Below, piece by piece: positions 51,384 through 60,960 of a stretch of DNA of 64,000 nucleotides. The first letter of the stretch is position 1. Every line of letters begins with the position of its first letter. The notes below the pieces were generated by a model. It was not told the origin of the DNA and did not search any database. It was given only the letters and a program-made list of their open reading frames with translations. Source of the stretch: Chitinophagales bacterium. GTDB lineage: Bacteria > Bacteroidota > Bacteroidia > Chitinophagales > Chitinophagaceae. The position numbers and the translations under genes were made by a program. The DNA lies in the NCBI GenBank assembly GCA_031424995.1, contig JANPIP010000041.1, positions 1,077 through 65,076 of the forward strand, written 5' to 3'.

Positions 51384-51693
51384 CATAATCCATTGTTTAA
51401 ATTTATGAATTATGGTTGGTAAAAACCGTTAAAACGGTTCATGGTTCATATGGTATTTCCCATAGCCCATGGTTTAAACCATGGGTTATGGGTGGCATTA
51501 TCCGTGGTGGCAATGGATTTATCCATTTGTTTATCGTGGTTTGATTTTCAATAATTTTTATTTCGTTTTTGATAGGGGGCAACCTCACCCATAGCCCATT
51601 GTTTAAAATATGAATCATGGTTGGTAAAAACCGTTAAAACGGTTCATCGTCTGTGTGGTATCCCCATAGCCCACGGTTTAAACCGTGGGTTAT
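51384..51693. repeat. Two ~105-bp composite REP units (51384-51490 and 51590-51693)
   Basis: Each unit contains AACCGTTAAAACGGTT and a 20-nt perfect palindrome CCCA(T/C)GGTTTAAACC(A/G)TGGG, extended to ~30 nt with CATAGC/GTTATG. Confidence 0.85.
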
Positions 51694-51849
51694 TTTAAAA
51701 TCGTTATCAATAGCATTGGCGGTGTTGGTATTTGCCCAGGCATAAGAAAGAAATATTTGTGGTAATGGGTTCTTCATGCCGGGCAATGGTTTTGGGTTAA
51801 AACAAAGGTGGGCTTCTACCCACCTTCACACTGGTAATCTTGTAATAAA

Positions 51850-52608
51850 TTATTTTTTGGGTTCTGATCCATCCCCGCCATCAGTTCCTTTCTTAGCCTC
51901 GCCGGCAGTGAGGTTCGCAAGGGTTTTGGTATAGCTAAACTGTTCAGCCTTGGCGCTGTCTTTTATTTCGTTAAAAAGGTTGGCGCTGTGCAGGGCAACC
52001 TTCATCACCTTGTTATACAGGTTGTTCAGTTGTACAATACCATCACTGGTAATTACTTTCTTGTCTTTCTTTTTGGTTTCCTGCGCAATGTTTTTATCCT
52101 TGATAATATTGGCATAGCTGGTAATGTCAGTAATATAACTGGCATCAGTACCCGCAGTGGTTATTTCGGTTTGCAGTGCAGGTGTCATGTTTTGTACAAA
52201 AGTGGCCAGCAATTCAACAAGTGCTTCCTGGCTACCCTTTTCCACCTTATCCCATAACCTGAAGCCAATACTGTTCAGTATTTCCTGCTCGCGGTTATCA
52301 TCGGTAAAATCAATTTCTACCGCTCTTTTAAAGCTGCGTAATTTGGGCAGCACCTGGTTCATGGCATCGTACAATGCCTTGCTGGCCTTGGTCTGGTCAC
52401 CAAGCCCTTCAATGCCCAGCACGTCTTTAAACACTCTTTTAATGTCATCGTTCAGGCTTTTAAAAAAGGCGGCATTCCAGTTACTTCGCTTGCTGAATAA
52501 AAATGTTTTATTGTTGTCTGCTGCGTTCATTAACACAGCCAGTGAGGTAAGCATAGCAGCATCGCCGCCTTTGTACACTCGTTTTACAGTTTTGATTGCT
52601 TTTGACAT
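51850..52608 (-). CDS. Hypothetical protein (252 aa)
   Basis: Clean ORF of helical, K/D/A-rich composition with no recognisable motif. It sits between the REP cluster and a MITE-like element. Confidence 0.5.
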   Translation of the reverse strand: MSKAIKTVKRVYKGGDAAMLTSLAVLMNAADNNKTFLFSKRSNWNAAFFKSLNDDIKRVFKDVLGIEGLGDQTKASKALYDAMNQVLPKLRSFKRAVEIDFTDDNREQEILNSIGFRLWDKVEKGSQEALVELLATFVQNMTPALQTEITTAGTDASYITDITSYANIIKDKNIAQETKKKDKKVITSDGIVQLNNLYNKVMKVALHSANLFNEIKDSAKAEQFSYTKTLANLTAGEAKKGTDGGDGSEPKK

Positions 52609-52678
52609 ACACTAAGTTTTAGTGAGCCGAATATAAACATTTTGGTATAGATAAATAGCAGGCAGGAAAAATAAAAAT

Positions 52679-52859
52679 GGAACACGGATGACGCGGACGG
52701 AGAGGATAGGAACGGATTAAATTGTACGGTACTAACCCAAGGCTGAAGCCATAGGGTTATGAAGGGTTTCTTCGAAAAAGCAATAGAACATACGTCGTGA
52801 TTAATGGTTACTTCATAAAAATCTGTGAACATCCCTTAAATCCGTGTTATCCGTGTTGC
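52679..52859. mobile_element. MITE-like element bounded by AACACGGAT / ATCCGTGTT inverted repeats
   Basis: The left end is GGAACACGGATGA (52679-) and the right end is ATCCGTGTTATCCGTGTT (52840-52857). There is an internal hairpin AACCC-N14-GGGTT. Confidence 0.4.
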
Positions 52860-52914
52860 TATACATGTTCCAATAATATCCACTTACTTTACAAAATCAT
52901 CTACCGTTAACACT

Positions 52915-53370
52915 ATGACCCTTGATCCAAAAGACCTTGCCATTTTAAAATTGCTACAGCAAAACGCCAAAGCAACCGTAAAAGAAATTGCCGATGCCAT
53001 CCATTTAAGTACCACACCTGTACATGAGCGCATTAAGCGTATGGAACAAAACGGTGTGATAAAACAGTACGCCACGTTGCTGGATGCCAGTAAAGTAAAA
53101 AAGGGGCTGATGGTAATTTGCTATGTTTCGTTAAAGCAGCATGATAAAAAAGCGGGTTCAGATTTTATTAAACTGATACATGCACTGCCTGAAGTTGTTG
53201 AGTGCTACAATATTAGCGGTGAGTTTGATTTTATGTTGAAAGTGGTAGCTGAGAATATGGATGACTATTACAACTTTCATGTAAATAAACTAAGCGAAGC
53301 AGGCAATCTTGGTCATGTACAAAGTGTGTTTGTAATGGGAGTGATAAAGCAAACCCATGTGCTGGTATAA
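52915..53370 (+). CDS. Lrp/AsnC-family transcriptional regulator
   Basis: LDPKDLAILKLLQQNAKATVKEIADAIHLSTTPVHERIKRME (HTH) plus a C-terminal RAM/ACT-like domain, 151 aa. Confidence 0.88.
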   Translation: MTLDPKDLAILKLLQQNAKATVKEIADAIHLSTTPVHERIKRMEQNGVIKQYATLLDASKVKKGLMVICYVSLKQHDKKAGSDFIKLIHALPEVVECYNISGEFDFMLKVVAENMDDYYNFHVNKLSEAGNLGHVQSVFVMGVIKQTHVLV

Positions 53371-53413
53371 GTTTTTAAAATATCAATTAGCTTTACAATA
53401 AATAGAATAAAAA

Positions 53414-53626
53414 ATGAGATTGAATTTTGCGGACTTATTTACAAGTCAAAACAATATTATTTCACCAAAAGTGCCGGTTAATATAAACGGTGTTACTATG
53501 ACACCAGGTGTTTCTTTTGGTGGTGGTGTATCTTTCGGGGGTATTGATTTAACAAAATTTATTGGAAGAGATTTTGAGGTTGAAATACAAAATGGAATTA
53601 GAATCCTAAAAGGTATATACAATTAA
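53414..53626 (+). CDS. Small Gly-rich hypothetical protein (70 aa)
   Basis: MRLNFADLF...GVSFGGGVSFGGIDL.... Its stop lies 9 nt before the next gene's ATG. AT-rich. Confidence 0.45.
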   Translation: MRLNFADLFTSQNNIISPKVPVNINGVTMTPGVSFGGGVSFGGIDLTKFIGRDFEVEIQNGIRILKGIYN

Positions 53627-53635
53627 AATTACTTT

Positions 53636-54334
53636 ATGAGTTTAGTGGTTGCCTGTTTTATACCGACTGGAGTTGTATTATCAGGGGAAAGTAGATCAAC
53701 TAGTATTTATCACACTAAAAGCCCAGACCCAAACGACCCAAGCAAGGATATTGAATATACAAATGGTTTTATTGCGAGTGATTCGGAGTCAAAAGTATTT
53801 TTAGTTTTTGAAAAATATGGAATCACTGCCTGTGGTGATGGACTGATTGATGATTTCCCAATTGAATACTATATTGAACAATTTGAAGTAAATTATTCAG
53901 ATACAGGAAAAGTTGAAGATTTGGCAATCTCATTAAAAAATTGTTTTGCTGCATTTACTCCTATACCTTTTATATTTTTCTTCGTTGCTGGGTATGAAAA
54001 AGCGGAACAATTCGTATATAGAATAAGCGTGGCTGAAGACGAAGTTGTTAGAATTAATTATGATTTGGCTCAATCTAAATTAATTTATGATGTACAATAC
54101 GATGGAAATTTTAGTATATTAGATAGGCTGCTTACTTCGATACCATCCCAATTTACCAGATTTTATTTATTTAACTTACAAGATGCGATTGATTATTCTA
54201 AACATCTAATTTTAACTACAATTAATCAAATGCGATTTGAGTTAGAATTTCCTTCTGTAGGCGGTGCAATAGATGTTTTGGTTATTACACGAAATAAAGC
54301 AGAATTCGTTTGCAGGAAAAAGCTTAAAGTATAA
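53636..54334 (+). CDS. Proteasome beta-subunit / HslV-like Ntn-hydrolase homologue with Ser at the nucleophile position
   Basis: By-eye alignment to the N-terminus of mature HslV as I recall it: SLVVACFIPTGVVLSGESRST against [21 protein letters not shown], placing S at T1 and E at D17. Further on, SKVFLVFEKYGITACGDG matches KKVRRLYNDKVIAGFAGG (K33 region). The C-terminal VGGAIDVLVITRNKAEF resembles the 20S beta motif sGG..v.vI.kdG. Confidence 0.55.
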   Translation: MSLVVACFIPTGVVLSGESRSTSIYHTKSPDPNDPSKDIEYTNGFIASDSESKVFLVFEKYGITACGDGLIDDFPIEYYIEQFEVNYSDTGKVEDLAISLKNCFAAFTPIPFIFFFVAGYEKAEQFVYRISVAEDEVVRINYDLAQSKLIYDVQYDGNFSILDRLLTSIPSQFTRFYLFNLQDAIDYSKHLILTTINQMRFELEFPSVGGAIDVLVITRNKAEFVCRKKLKV

Positions 54335-54398
54335 ATATTAAGCTAAATTTACAACCACACCTCTATTAAATTTATTTACCTCAAACTTATACTTACCC

Positions 54399-55151
54399 TC
54401 ACTTCAGCACTTTCGCCATTTCAACAGCTAATTTTTGTGCCCATATAGCGTAGAGTTTACCACTGGGGTGCAGGCCATCATTGGCTGTAAGGGTGGCATC
54501 GGTAGCAGCCATTTTGGTAGATGGGGTAATATCAATATAAGTAACACCACTAAAGCTTACTGTAATTTGCTTGTTGATGGCATTAAACGCATCTATCTCC
54601 TTACTAATTACAGCATTACCACCACCAAAAGGTGTAACACCATAATCAGGTATACTCAGCACAAAAACATGCGCTGGTTTATTGCCTGCCAACGCTATAC
54701 TTTTTTGCAGCAGTTGTGTAAACCTGGTACGGTAACCAGCGGTATCCATACGCTGGTACTGGTCATTCACTCCAATTAATAAACTTACCGCATCGTAAGG
54801 CCCATGTATGTTTTGTACGGCAATGGCATTGCTCAGGTTGGCAGTTGTCCATCCTGTTGTAGCAATATATGTAATGGGCTGAATATTGATGTTCATTCCT
54901 TTTAACAGGGCTGCTGTTTGTGCAGGAAATCTTTCTGCCGCTGTTACAGATTCGCCAATAGTGTAAGAATCGCCAAGGGCAAGATATGTTTTTGTATTAG
55001 TGGTTACGGGGGGTACAGGTGTAGGTGTAGCAGGTGTTGGGGTAGGGTTGTTGCTCATGGTATTGCTTTGTTTTTCGCAACCAATATTAATAAAGTTTAT
55101 GGCTGTATAAAATGCAATGCATAGCAGGCTCATTCGTTTACTGTTCATCAT
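54399..55151 (-). CDS. SGNH/GDSL-family hydrolase lipoprotein
   Basis: Lipobox INIGC, a Pro/Thr linker, block I LALGDSYT and block V DGLHP. Confidence 0.8.
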   Translation of the reverse strand: MMNSKRMSLLCIAFYTAINFINIGCEKQSNTMSNNPTPTPATPTPVPPVTTNTKTYLALGDSYTIGESVTAAERFPAQTAALLKGMNINIQPITYIATTGWTTANLSNAIAVQNIHGPYDAVSLLIGVNDQYQRMDTAGYRTRFTQLLQKSIALAGNKPAHVFVLSIPDYGVTPFGGGNAVISKEIDAFNAINKQITVSFSGVTYIDITPSTKMAATDATLTANDGLHPSGKLYAIWAQKLAVEMAKVLK

Positions 55152-55248
55152 GTATAATTACGATAACGTTTGCATAATTGTTTGCTTACATCAAAAATGT
55201 TAAACACCTACATTTGTACACTTCTAAAAAAAATCTAAACGTATCAAC

Positions 55249-56478
55249 ATGCCACAAAAAATTAAAGTTGCCAACCCGGTGGTGGAATTAGATGGCGACG
55301 AAATGACCAGGATCATCTGGAAGTTCATTAAAGACAAACTTATACTTCCTTACATGGATCTTGATATTAAGTATTACGATCTTGGTATGGAATACCGCGA
55401 TGAAACCAATGACCAGGTTACCATTGATGCCGCAAATGCCATTAAAGAATATGGTGTTGGTATTAAATGCGCTACCATTACTCCAGATGAAGAGCGTGTA
55501 AAAGAATTTGGTTTAAAACAAATGTGGAAGAGCCCTAACGGCACTATCCGTAATATTCTGGATGGTACTGTTTTTCGTGAACCTATCGTGTGCAGCAATG
55601 TACCACGTTTAGTACCTAACTGGACAGCACCTATCTGTATTGGCCGTCACGCTTTTGGCGACCAGTACCGTGCTACTGACTTTGTAACAAAAGGAAAAGG
55701 TAAACTGACCGTTAAGTTTGAAGGTGAAGATGGAACTGTTCAGGAGTTTGAAGTGTTTAACTTTAAAGGTGATGGCGTTGCTTTAACTATGTACAATACT
55801 GACGAAAGCATCACTGGTTTTGCACGCAGTTGTTTTAATACTGCTTTGCAGAAAAAATGGCCTTTATACTTGTCTACCAAAAACACCATTCTTAAAAAAT
55901 ACGATGGTCGTTTTAAAGATATTTTTGAAGACATCTACCAAAAAGAATTTAAAGCCAAATACGCCGAAGCGGGTATTACTTACGAGCACCGTTTAATTGA
56001 TGACATGGTTGCTTCTGCCCTTAAATGGAATGGCAACTTTGTTTGGGCCTGTAAAAACTATGATGGTGATGTACAGAGCGATACTGTTGCACAGGGCTTT
56101 GGTAGCCTTGGCTTAATGACTTCTACCTTAGTTACACCTGATGGAACTGTAATGGAAGCTGAAGCTGCACATGGTACCGTTACACGTCACTACCGTGAGC
56201 ATCAAAAAGGCAAACCAACTTCTACAAACCCAATCGCTTCTATTTTTGCATGGACACGTGGTTTGGAGTTCCGTGGCAAATTAGATGGCAACCAGCAATT
56301 AATTAATTTCTGCCATGCACTGGAAGCAGTTTGTGTTGAAACTGTAGAAAGCGGTAAAATGACCAAAGACCTCGCTGTTTGTATTCACGGCAACAAGGTA
56401 AGCCATGGGGAACATTACCTGTACACGGAAGAATTTTTAGACGCTTTAGATGCAAACCTGCAGGCTAAACTGGCTTAA
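55249..56478 (+). CDS. icd: NADP-dependent isocitrate dehydrogenase (eukaryote-like type)
   Basis: [24 protein letters not shown]..., 409 aa, NYDGDVQSD motif. Confidence 0.93.
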   Translation: MPQKIKVANPVVELDGDEMTRIIWKFIKDKLILPYMDLDIKYYDLGMEYRDETNDQVTIDAANAIKEYGVGIKCATITPDEERVKEFGLKQMWKSPNGTIRNILDGTVFREPIVCSNVPRLVPNWTAPICIGRHAFGDQYRATDFVTKGKGKLTVKFEGEDGTVQEFEVFNFKGDGVALTMYNTDESITGFARSCFNTALQKKWPLYLSTKNTILKKYDGRFKDIFEDIYQKEFKAKYAEAGITYEHRLIDDMVASALKWNGNFVWACKNYDGDVQSDTVAQGFGSLGLMTSTLVTPDGTVMEAEAAHGTVTRHYREHQKGKPTSTNPIASIFAWTRGLEFRGKLDGNQQLINFCHALEAVCVETVESGKMTKDLAVCIHGNKVSHGEHYLYTEEFLDALDANLQAKLA

Positions 56479-56500
56479 TTCTTACTAGTATAATAGTACA

Positions 56501-56527
56501 GCCCTGCACTTTGTGCGGGGCTTTTTG
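56501..56527 (+). terminator. icd intrinsic terminator
   Basis: GCCCTGCAC-TTT-GTGCGGGGC (one G-U pair) followed by TTTTTG. Confidence 0.75.
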
Positions 56528-56648
56528 TTATTGGCAATTTAGTTGAGTGCTACAGATATGCACTTCAAGAAAAGATAAACAATTGATAACACCACCAATC
56601 TTCAATCATACTTTAAATAAGCCCATATTCATTTCTTAAATCAGTACA

Positions 56649-56975
56649 ATGAATGCCTGGCAATCTCTTAAACAATATTATTTTTCACTTGCCAACCAAT
56701 ACCATGTAGATCCTGTTGTTTTTATATCCATCCATATTATTGCTACCCCTCTTTTGCTGCTTATCGTTGCCTGGATAATAAGAAACAAAAAGCAACAAAA
56801 GCCCATACTACTACCTGTTTTACTGGCCGTTATATTGTATAATGTAGCTAATGTGTATCTTGTAATTGCCGGAAGGAACATCCCTTTTTATATTTACCTG
56901 CTTTTATTTGGTTCTACCATTTATGGTGGTTATATCACCTATACTAAAATTAAGCGCAGTATTAAAATGCAATAA
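56649..56975 (+). CDS. Hypothetical membrane protein (3 transmembrane segments)
   Basis: 108 aa with three hydrophobic segments and no known motif. Confidence 0.45.
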   Translation: MNAWQSLKQYYFSLANQYHVDPVVFISIHIIATPLLLLIVAWIIRNKKQQKPILLPVLLAVILYNVANVYLVIAGRNIPFYIYLLLFGSTIYGGYITYTKIKRSIKMQ

Positions 56976-57170
56976 TCTTTGCTTTATATTCGGTGTTTAA
57001 AACCTGTAAAGATATTTATAACCTGATGTTAATGTATTGTTTAATTTAAAACCATTTAAACTGATTTTAATCTTAAACAAAATCGAAAAGGCAATTATCT
57101 TCGTATCTGCATAAGAACAAATATTTAGCCTGCTGGGTTGATTTAAAAGTAAAAAGAGAGGTGGTGGATT

Positions 57171-57782
57171 ATGAATATTATTAAAACATTTATTGAATCG
57201 GGTATTATTGAATCTTATGTGCTGGGTATTGCAACAGATACAGAGCGTGCAGAAGTGGAACAAATGGCTCAGGAACATGCAGAGGTTCGTGATGCTGTTG
57301 ATGGTTTCAGCCGCACTTTTGAAAATGTATTGTTACAAAATCCCGTAACACCAGACCCTACCATAAAGCCATTTTTAATGGCCATTATTGATTATACTGA
57401 ACGGCTGCAAAATGGGGAAGAGCCTGCTTTTCCACCAGTATTAAATGAAAATTCTTTAATTGAAGATTACACGCCATGGCTTAACAGGCCAGATATGGTG
57501 TTGCCCGTTGATTTTAAAGATATTCATGCAAAAATTATTGGCTTTACGCCTGAAGTTACAACTGCAATTGCCTGGATTAAACATATGGCACCGCAGGAAG
57601 TACATCATGATGAATATGAAAAATTCCTGATTGTAGAAGGTAGTTGCGATATTACTATTGAAGATAAAGTGCATCATCTTTCAGCGGGCAGTATGTTGTC
57701 TATTCCATTATATGCCAGTCATCATGTAACTATTACTTCTTCTATTCCCTGTAAAATAATATTGCAGCGCGTAGCTGCATAG
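57171..57782 (+). CDS. Cupin-domain protein with anti-sigma-like N-terminal helix (ChrR-like architecture)
   Basis: The N-terminal IESGIIESYVLGIATDTERAEVEQMAQEHAEVRDAV is typical of anti-sigma N-domains. The C-terminal EKFLIVEGSCDITIEDKVHHLSAGSMLSIP resembles a cupin fold. No zinc motif is present. Confidence 0.5.
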   Translation: MNIIKTFIESGIIESYVLGIATDTERAEVEQMAQEHAEVRDAVDGFSRTFENVLLQNPVTPDPTIKPFLMAIIDYTERLQNGEEPAFPPVLNENSLIEDYTPWLNRPDMVLPVDFKDIHAKIIGFTPEVTTAIAWIKHMAPQEVHHDEYEKFLIVEGSCDITIEDKVHHLSAGSMLSIPLYASHHVTITSSIPCKIILQRVAA

Positions 57783-57942
57783 CCTTATTTACTAATACAC
57801 TTCTTCATATTTAGAATTATCTCCACGGTAGCTTTCAGTATATTGGTTAGATGAGAAGCTGTTTGCCAAAAAACGCCATGTTAAGCAAAGCCCTGCAAAA
57901 AGTAATGTCGTAATAATAAATGTTAAAGTCATCAGTTTTTTT

Positions 57943-58176
57943 TTAAACAGAAAGGGTACGGATATTAAGAAACTTAAAAAAAGTATAGTTGTCGTGATTG
58001 AGGATTTTTTTCATCACATCGGGGTTGTCGTTAATCTGTTCTTTAATTTCTCCCACCAGTTGATGCAGCTTTATTTCAGGCTTCTCACTTTTTAAAAACT
58101 GGTTAATAGAAATTCCAATAATTGATTGTGTACCAATGGTTGTTAAACGTTTAATTATTTCTTCTTTCATGCACAA
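57943..58176 (-). CDS. Hypothetical small protein (77 aa)
   Basis: ORF only, with no motifs. The start may be the second Met. Confidence 0.3.
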   Translation of the reverse strand: MCMKEEIIKRLTTIGTQSIIGISINQFLKSEKPEIKLHQLVGEIKEQINDNPDVMKKILNHDNYTFFKFLNIRTLSV

Positions 58177-58316
58177 TAAATCTTGCGATACTTATAATAA
58201 AATTTATGCCATAATTTGCTGATTATTAAAGTGGTATAACTTCTACAAAACCAAAAGGTATCATGTTTTATGCTAACTCTTATACCTGTTATTAAAAGCA
58301 GTATTTTGACTTTACT

Positions 58317-58961
58317 ATGGTGAAAAAGATCAGTTTACTTTTAACAATATTTTGCGTTACTGCTGGCTATACACAAGTGTTAGACTGGAAGCTGAAGGTT
58401 GATAAAGATGGAATTAAAGTGTACACCAAATCGTTACCCGATAGTAAGTTTAAAGCCATAAAAATTGAATCTTCCATTGCCGCTTCTGCAACACAGCTTG
58501 TAGCAGCTATTTACGATATCAATACGTCTGCACAGTGGGTGTACAGTACCAAATCTGCAACGCTGCTAAAGCAGGTTTCGCCCTCAGAAGCTTATTATTA
58601 CTCTGAAGTAACCTTGCCTTGGCCTGCAAGCAACCGCGATTTTGTGGCGCATCTTAAAACCAGGCAGGATGCCCGTACCAAAATAATTACTGTGAATGCT
58701 GAAAATGTTAGCGGGCTTGTAGCAGTTAAAAATGATATTGTTCGTATTACCAACTCAGTTGGGCAGTGGGTAATAACACCCGTTTCTAAAACAAATATTA
58801 ATGTAGTGTACACTTTACAGGTTGACCCAGCCGGTTCTATGCCTGCATGGTTAAATAATATGTTTATTACCAAAGGCCCCATGGAAACTTTTAAAAAATT
58901 AAGGGTTCATGTAACGCGGCCTGAATACCAAAAAGTACAGCTACCGTTTATTAAAGATTAA
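58317..58961 (+). CDS. START/SRPBCC-domain lipid-binding protein, secreted
   Basis: Signal peptide, then WKLKVDKDGIKVYTK...RDFV...WVITP, the START-like pattern. Confidence 0.65.
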   Translation: MVKKISLLLTIFCVTAGYTQVLDWKLKVDKDGIKVYTKSLPDSKFKAIKIESSIAASATQLVAAIYDINTSAQWVYSTKSATLLKQVSPSEAYYYSEVTLPWPASNRDFVAHLKTRQDARTKIITVNAENVSGLVAVKNDIVRITNSVGQWVITPVSKTNINVVYTLQVDPAGSMPAWLNNMFITKGPMETFKKLRVHVTRPEYQKVQLPFIKD

Positions 58962-59202
58962 TCTGCGTTTGTTTACCAGTAAATCAAAACGATAAACTGT
59001 CTTTTATAACTGTTAATGCAAATACTTCCTTCAATGTAATGCAGTCGTAGCAAGGCTTTGATGCAAAAAATTCTGTGCTGGTTGATGTTTTGTAAATCAA
59101 CATCCCATTTCGTTGAATAAAATGCTGGCATGATTTTTAAACACTATTGTTTATGGGAATAAATTTCAACCCCCATTTAATTAACCAGTAAAAGATTAGA
59201 TT

Positions 59203-59727
59203 ATGAAAAAGATGGTAACTCTTATAGCTGTAGCAGCAGTTTTTGCGGCTTGCGGTAACAAACAAAATACTCAAGCGGTTATTGTTGACTCTGCAGCTAT
59301 ACAACGCAATGCAATTGCAGCAGAACAAGCAAGGATTATAGAGGAACAACGCATTAAAGACAGTATTAAAACTGTTGTAATGAAAGAAGAAAGTGCAAAA
59401 GCTGCGGTTGTAAAACAATCAAATAATAACGTTGTAAAAAGAAGAACTACAACTTCAAGAAGCAATAATACAGGTACAAGTGAAACACCTTCAAGCTCAG
59501 GTTCAGGATCTGAAGAAAGTGTTGCACCAGCTAAAAAAGGTTGGAGTGATGCTGCAAAAGGTACTGTAATTGGTGCTGGTGCAGGTGGTATAGCAGGCGC
59601 TATTATTGATAAAGGTAAAGGCCGTGGTGCAATTATTGGCGGTGCAGTTGGTGCTGGTACAGGTTATATTATTGGCCGTGCTAAAGACAGAAAAACTGGC
59701 CGTGTAGTTAAAAAAACAGATAATTAA
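59203..59727 (+). CDS. Glycine-zipper lipoprotein
   Basis: Lipobox VFAAC and a C-terminal GAGAGGIAGAIIDKGKGRGAIIGGAVGAGTGYIIG glycine zipper. Confidence 0.65.
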   Translation: MKKMVTLIAVAAVFAACGNKQNTQAVIVDSAAIQRNAIAAEQARIIEEQRIKDSIKTVVMKEESAKAAVVKQSNNNVVKRRTTTSRSNNTGTSETPSSSGSGSEESVAPAKKGWSDAAKGTVIGAGAGGIAGAIIDKGKGRGAIIGGAVGAGTGYIIGRAKDRKTGRVVKKTDN

Positions 59728-59748
59728 GATAGTTAAGATTCAATGTGA

Positions 59749-59778
59749 GGGCGCAGCATTAATGCTGCGCCTTTTTTG
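59749..59778. terminator. Terminator hairpin between convergent genes
   Basis: AGGCGCAGCATT/AATGCTGCGCCT perfect palindrome followed by TTTTTT. Confidence 0.8.
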
Positions 59779-59780
59779 TT

Positions 59781-60443
59781 TTATGCTCTTTTATATTCCT
59801 CAATCTCGCTTAAAAACGCTTTTGCCTTGCTTATGTTTACCCATTCTGCACTGCTGAATAAAATTTTAAACCATTTCTTTTCAACATTCTTTATATCAAT
59901 ATTCCTGTAAAGCCATACAGATAGCCATGCAAAAAAAAGTGCTATTGGTACAGCTATCAGCCAAAAATAAATGTTGTTGTTAATCATTTTTGGATGCCAA
60001 AACCAGGTACAGTAAAAAGGCGTTTGCAAAAAAAGAATTCGTGTAATACGTATGGTGGAAAGTTGCAGCCAGGTTAATTTTTGCTGTGCATCTACAATGC
60101 CTGCATTATAATTAACTTGTTTTATTATAATAACCTGTTTAATATAAACCACAACAGCTATTAAGGTGATAATTGCTATAATACTTATAGAGACTGAAAA
60201 GTAGGGGTTAGTAAAACGGTTGAGATACACGAGAAAAGTTAGTAAGCAAGTCCATATAATTCCCAATATCACTGCAAAAATTTTAATACTGGTAATGGTG
60301 TTTAATTTAGATTTGACTTTGCCTGCCTGCAATTCTTCAAAGCAGCGCAGGTTTAAAGCCCATGACTGCATATTAAGTAAGCGGGCATCTTCCAGTTTTT
60401 GATCGTATTGCTGCCAAATGCTTTTTAGTTCTAACTCGTTCAT
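59781..60443 (-). CDS. Membrane protein downstream of the ECF sigma gene (possible anti-sigma partner)
   Basis: 220 aa with four or more transmembrane helices, 4 nt downstream of the sigma gene. The role is inferred from position only. Confidence 0.45.
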   Translation of the reverse strand: MNELELKSIWQQYDQKLEDARLLNMQSWALNLRCFEELQAGKVKSKLNTITSIKIFAVILGIIWTCLLTFLVYLNRFTNPYFSVSISIIAIITLIAVVVYIKQVIIIKQVNYNAGIVDAQQKLTWLQLSTIRITRILFLQTPFYCTWFWHPKMINNNIYFWLIAVPIALFFAWLSVWLYRNIDIKNVEKKWFKILFSSAEWVNISKAKAFLSEIEEYKRA

Positions 60444-60447
60444 GCTA

Positions 60448-60960
60448 TTAATAATTTATGAATGAAAATTTTTGTTTCAGTTTTTCTTTAATGCGGTTTA
60501 TTTTGGTAGCAACATTGGTTTCAGTAATCCCTAATATTTCTGCTATTTCACGGTAAGTTTTACTCTCCAGGTAAAGTATCATCAATGCCTTGTCCAGTTC
60601 CTTTAATTCATTTATAAATTGTTGCAGTAGCTGGCTTTTTGTTTCAGCATCATTTGTTGTATCAATTGGCGTGTCAGCTTTGTAGGTATGTTCTTCATTC
60701 AATTCATAAAAGGCATTTACCTGCTGGTGCTTACGGTAAAAACTAATAGCTACATTTAAAGCTACACGATACATCCAAGTACTGAATTTATAAGTGCTGT
60801 CAAACTTTTCGCCAGATTTAAACAGGTGATAAACAATCTCCTGTGCAAGGTCTTCCCTGTCATTTTTATTTTGGCAATATGAGTTGCAAATTTTTAAAAT
60901 GATGCCCCTGTTCTGCTCAATTAGCTGAAGAAAATTATTGTTTACTTTTTGCTTGCTCAT
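60448..60960 (-). CDS. ECF-type RNA polymerase sigma-70 factor
   Basis: Region 2 (DREDLAQEIVYHLFK...FSTWMYRVALNVAISFYRK) and region 4 (YREIAEILGITETNVATKINRIKEKL). Confidence 0.88.
   Translation of the reverse strand: MSKQKVNNNFLQLIEQNRGIILKICNSYCQNKNDREDLAQEIVYHLFKSGEKFDSTYKFSTWMYRVALNVAISFYRKHQQVNAFYELNEEHTYKADTPIDTTNDAETKSQLLQQFINELKELDKALMILYLESKTYREIAEILGITETNVATKINRIKEKLKQKFSFINY

Noticed and set aside
57792-57932. A 46-aa minus-strand ORF (MTLTFIITTLLFAGLCLTWRFLANSF...) next to the 77-aa hypothetical gene.
   Set aside because: It is plausible as a small membrane peptide, but nothing supports it beyond one hydrophobic stretch. It is not reported as a feature.
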